Source: Zootoca vivipara (taxonomy: Eukaryota). Taken from it: DNA of 64,000 nucleotides. This document shows, one piece after another, positions 60,824-64,000 of the stretch. Made by a program: the position numbers and the translations under genes. A model generated the notes under the pieces. That model was not told the DNA's origin. It was given only the letters and a program-made list of their open reading frames with translations, and made no database searches. How positions within the stretch are numbered: the first letter of the stretch is position 1; each line of letters begins with the position of its first letter. The stretch spans positions 114,824,001 through 114,888,000 of the forward strand of contig NC_083277.1 of the NCBI RefSeq assembly GCF_963506605.1, read 5' to 3'.

Positions 60824-61939
60824 GAATGCCTTGAGGGGGAACCCAAAAATGCAGACTGCCCAAGCCAAGCCTCCAAACAGGTTACAGCATGTGATAGAAT
60901 CCTACGGGCTTGCATCCACAGGCTTGGTGAAGGTTTGGACTGCCCTGCTCACTTGGAAAGTCTCCAGGCCCTAGCCAAGGCAGCCTATGGCGGCTACACT
61001 GCATCAAGGCTCCAGTATATTCCTCTCTACTTGGAAAAGTTGCTGTACCATTTGCTGAGGGCTGTGGCTGCTCAGGGCTCCTCTGATTCTTGCCTAATGT
61101 TTGCTGATCTCCTCTATGAGGAACTCTTGAAGTACCAGCCTCCCCAGGTGCCTGCTCATGACTATGCGGCTGTTGCCCAAAGCACCTTTGGTGTGCTGTG
61201 GAAGAGCGTGGATGGCAGGGCTAAACTGGACAAGACTCCAGCAGAGCTCAGGGCCGTGCTCTCCACCCAGCTGCAAGCTGTACGCTTCTTGGTGCTTCTG
61301 GAGAACGATGCCGCCAACCTCTTGCCTCAGGAGGCCCCGTACTTCACCTCCAAGGTGGCCCGGCATGCCTCCATTGCAGCTGTGACATTTGAGGCCCAGC
61401 GGAGTCCTCTGAGAAAGGAAGAGGCCCATTTTCTCAGTGCAGAGTTCTTCCGCCTGTTGGTTGCTGCCCTTCTGGAAAAGAGGGGTGTGGATGCGCATTT
61501 GGCCTTCCAGGACTGTCTCTGCATCTTTGAGCTCACTGTGGTGAGGTGCCGTTACCTCTGCAAAAGTGGCTGCTTCAAAGAGAGCGATGAAGTTATCCAG
61601 CAATTCAGTGACTACTTGAAAAAGTCCAGCAATGAGGGCCATTGCTTTAGTGTGGCTTTAGACGTACTCTCTGCTGGAGTCGAGCTGAACAAAGTGTTGG
61701 TGCAGGCTGAGGGTTCAGTAAAGCCCTTCTTCATCCAAGCTACTGAGGCTCTAAACTCCTCAACAGATCATCAAGAGCCCCTGCTTAGAGTGCTGACTGA
61801 AAGCTGCCAGTTGCTCGTAACCCCTTTGTATGGACTTGCAAAGAACAGCAAACAGGGCTTCTTTAACCTGCATGATATTCTGGGGATCTCTGCCTTCATG
61901 GAAAGTTACGTCGCATTACTCCAGAAGCTGATGGGTTTA
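60824..61939 (+). CDS. ESPL1: Separase, large second coding exon (372 codons)
   Basis: ACDRILRAC, CPAHLESL, PLYLEKLLYHLLR, AAQGS, DYAAVA...LWK match separase; AG/GT boundaries, phase 0. Confidence 0.93.
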
Positions 61940-62064
61940 GTGAGTAAAGCTTTCCCCGTCTATCCTTTCATATAGTCCTGGATGTCTTTGTGAGAGCAGT
62001 AGTGCATGGCTAAGATGTAAACAATAGGGTTTTATCCTGGATTTGGGGAGCGGAAGGTGCAGAC

Positions 62065-62200
62065 CAGGCATCCCCAAACTTCAGCCCTCCTGATGTTTTG
62101 GACTACATTTCCCAACATCCCTGACTGCTGATCCTGTTAGTTAGGGATCATGGGAGTTGTAGGCCAAAACATCTGGAGGGCCAAAGTTTGGGGATGCCTG
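62065..62200. mobile_element. hAT MITE (caggcatcccc family)
   Basis: TSD gtgcagac/gtgcagat. Confidence 0.9.
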
Positions 62201-62284
62201 GTGCAGATTATGCAGAGATTCAATGAATGTGGTTCAATGAACACTTAAGGCTTTCAAAACATGTTTTATTCCATTGGTTTAGCC

Positions 62285-62470
62285 CAGGGGTAGTCAACCT
62301 TCTTATACCTACCACCCACTAATGCATCTTTCTTGATGGTAAAATTTCCTTACTGCCCACCAGTGCTTGATGGAAGGAGGATTCAGCTAGCGCTATAGAA
62401 CCCCCTACCGCCCACCTAGAATCCTGAAACGCCCACTAGTGGGCAGTAGGGACCAGGTTAACAACCCCTG
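62285..62470. mobile_element. hAT MITE
   Basis: TIR caggggt/acccctg; perfect 8-bp TSD gtttagcc. Confidence 0.9.
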
Positions 62471-62585
62471 GTTTAGCCTGTATGGGCAAGAGGAGGTGGG
62501 TGGGGATAGGTAGGATAAATACCTTTGCTCTGCTATTGTGAGATCTAGAAAGTTGATTTTCAAAGTACAGCCTTCTATATAGTTG

Positions 62586-62617
<32 letters not shown>

Positions 62618-62947
62618 AGAGGGGGCACAATCAGATTTTCAGAATGCAAATGTTGGCGTTACATCTTAGAAATATGTTTTCCAAGTTCTCATCGATTGCA
62701 TTTTACACTGAAGTGTGAAAAGACTTTGTAAACTCTGCTAATGGTGGTAGGTAGATTAATAAATTGTATTTTTCCTGTCTCAAATTAAAATAGGCCAGTT
62801 CCTCTGCTATCACTAGAGTGTTACTGTTTTTGTTTTAATGGGACTTTTAGGAGGGCTTTCAGCGCATTAAAGGTTTTGCGAGTAGTCTTATACAGGTTTG
62901 ACCTGGGATTGTTCCAAATACTTTCTGTCGTCTTTGTCTTCTACAAG

Positions 62948-63052
62948 GTTCTGCCAGAGACCATGAGACAGCAGCAAGCTCTGAAGAAGCAACTGTACCA
63001 CTACTTCCAGATGTACACGACTTTGGTATCCGACACTCTACAGACTCTGCAG
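62948..63052 (+). CDS. ESPL1: Separase, third coding exon (35 codons); gene continues beyond the window
   Basis: Acceptor ...gtcttctacaag, donor CAG|gtaagt; 105 nt, open, phase 0. Confidence 0.85.
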
Positions 63053-63499
63053 GTAAGTCTGTCTTGAATGGACAAAAACATTCAGTTTGTGGAAGTAAGA
63101 CTGAGGTTGTCTTCCTTGGGCAGGATAAATAAGTCTTAGTCTCTTTAAGTCTTGGCTCAGCAGAAGTTGCTTGCTGTCTCGGTGGGGGAGCTTTTAGTCT
63201 TCTGTCAAAACGTCTGGTAGCAGGACTATGAAAGACGCTTGCCTGGAGAATTGTTGAATTGCTGCTCCCTGTCAGAATAGACCAGGGATGAAGAACCTGT
63301 GGTCTTCCGAACACTGCTAGACTGGAACGCCCATCATTCCTGAGCATTGAGCATTCTGGCTGAGGTTGATGGGAGATATAGTCCAACAACATCTGGAGAG
63401 CCACTGATTCCCCCATCTCTGAAGAAGACAGTTCTGGGCTAAATGGAACTTTGATCAAACAAGAAATAGCTCACTTTTATCACCTACCCGATTCCTATA

Positions 63500-63735
63500 C
63501 AGTCGTACCTCAGCTCCCGAACACCTTGGGAGTCTAACGTTCCAGCTCCCAAACGATTGAAAACCAGAAGTGAGTGTTCCGGTTTTTGAATGTTCTTTGT
63601 GAAGCGAAACATTTGACAGGGCTTTTCACAGGTTCCGATTGTCTGCAGGAGCTTCCGCTAGCCAATCAGAAGCCACGCTTTGGAAGTCGAATGGACTTCT
63701 GGAACGGATTCTGTTCAACTTCCGAGGTACAACTG
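63500..63735. mobile_element. Tc1/mariner (Tigger-like) MITE
   Basis: ta|cagtcgtacctc...gaggtacaactg|ta. Confidence 0.8.
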
Positions 63736-64000
63736 TATAGACAAGATGCTGACATGGTTCCTCTCACATCAACAGAACACCCATGGTTCATAAATAAGAG
63801 AGAAGTGTAGTCTTTTTAGCTGTGAACGTGGAAGCTGACCTCTGAAGGGCAGAAACAATGCCTCAACTTGACTGTGTAATGTGTGGCACAAGCCTCTTCC
63901 CCTACCAAGAATGCACACATCAAAATGAGCATATCTGGCTAAAAAAGCAATAGGATGTGATGTGGTGGCTATCTGATGCCTTGAATGAGGAACTGCAAAT

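Noticed and set aside
60794-61975. Stand-alone 393-aa protein
   Set aside because: Internal ESPL1 exon plus flanking intron read-through

Overview
Vertebrate genomic DNA from a squamate reptile (Sauria SINEs, BovB, CR1, L2 and lizard-type MITEs; probably a lacertid lizard). The window corresponds to the conserved RARG-MFSD5-ESPL1 block. MFSD5 (+, single coding exon 46511-47869) and the 5' part of ESPL1/separase (+, coding exons 60287-60367, 60824-61939, 62948-63052) are clear. The left ~24 kb is inferred from synteny only to be RARG 5'/regulatory sequence; no recognisable RARG coding exon is present. Three genes lie in intervals where I know of no such genes in human: (i) a TATA-driven two-exon gene for an orphan 131-aa Cys/Pro-rich protein (-, 29699-29223); (ii) a divergent claudin-34-like gene with an acidic tail (+, 54616-55566); (iii) an intact intronless PUDP/HDHD1-like probable retrogene head-to-head with ESPL1 (-, 57590-56895). 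Two DNA transposons carry captured first exons of host genes. A Helitron (52428-53337) contains TWF1 exon 1, and a hAT remnant (38378-38896) contains most of a GALNT12-like exon 1 and shows a hairpin-type excision footprint. All homology calls come from recalled sequences; no database search was run.
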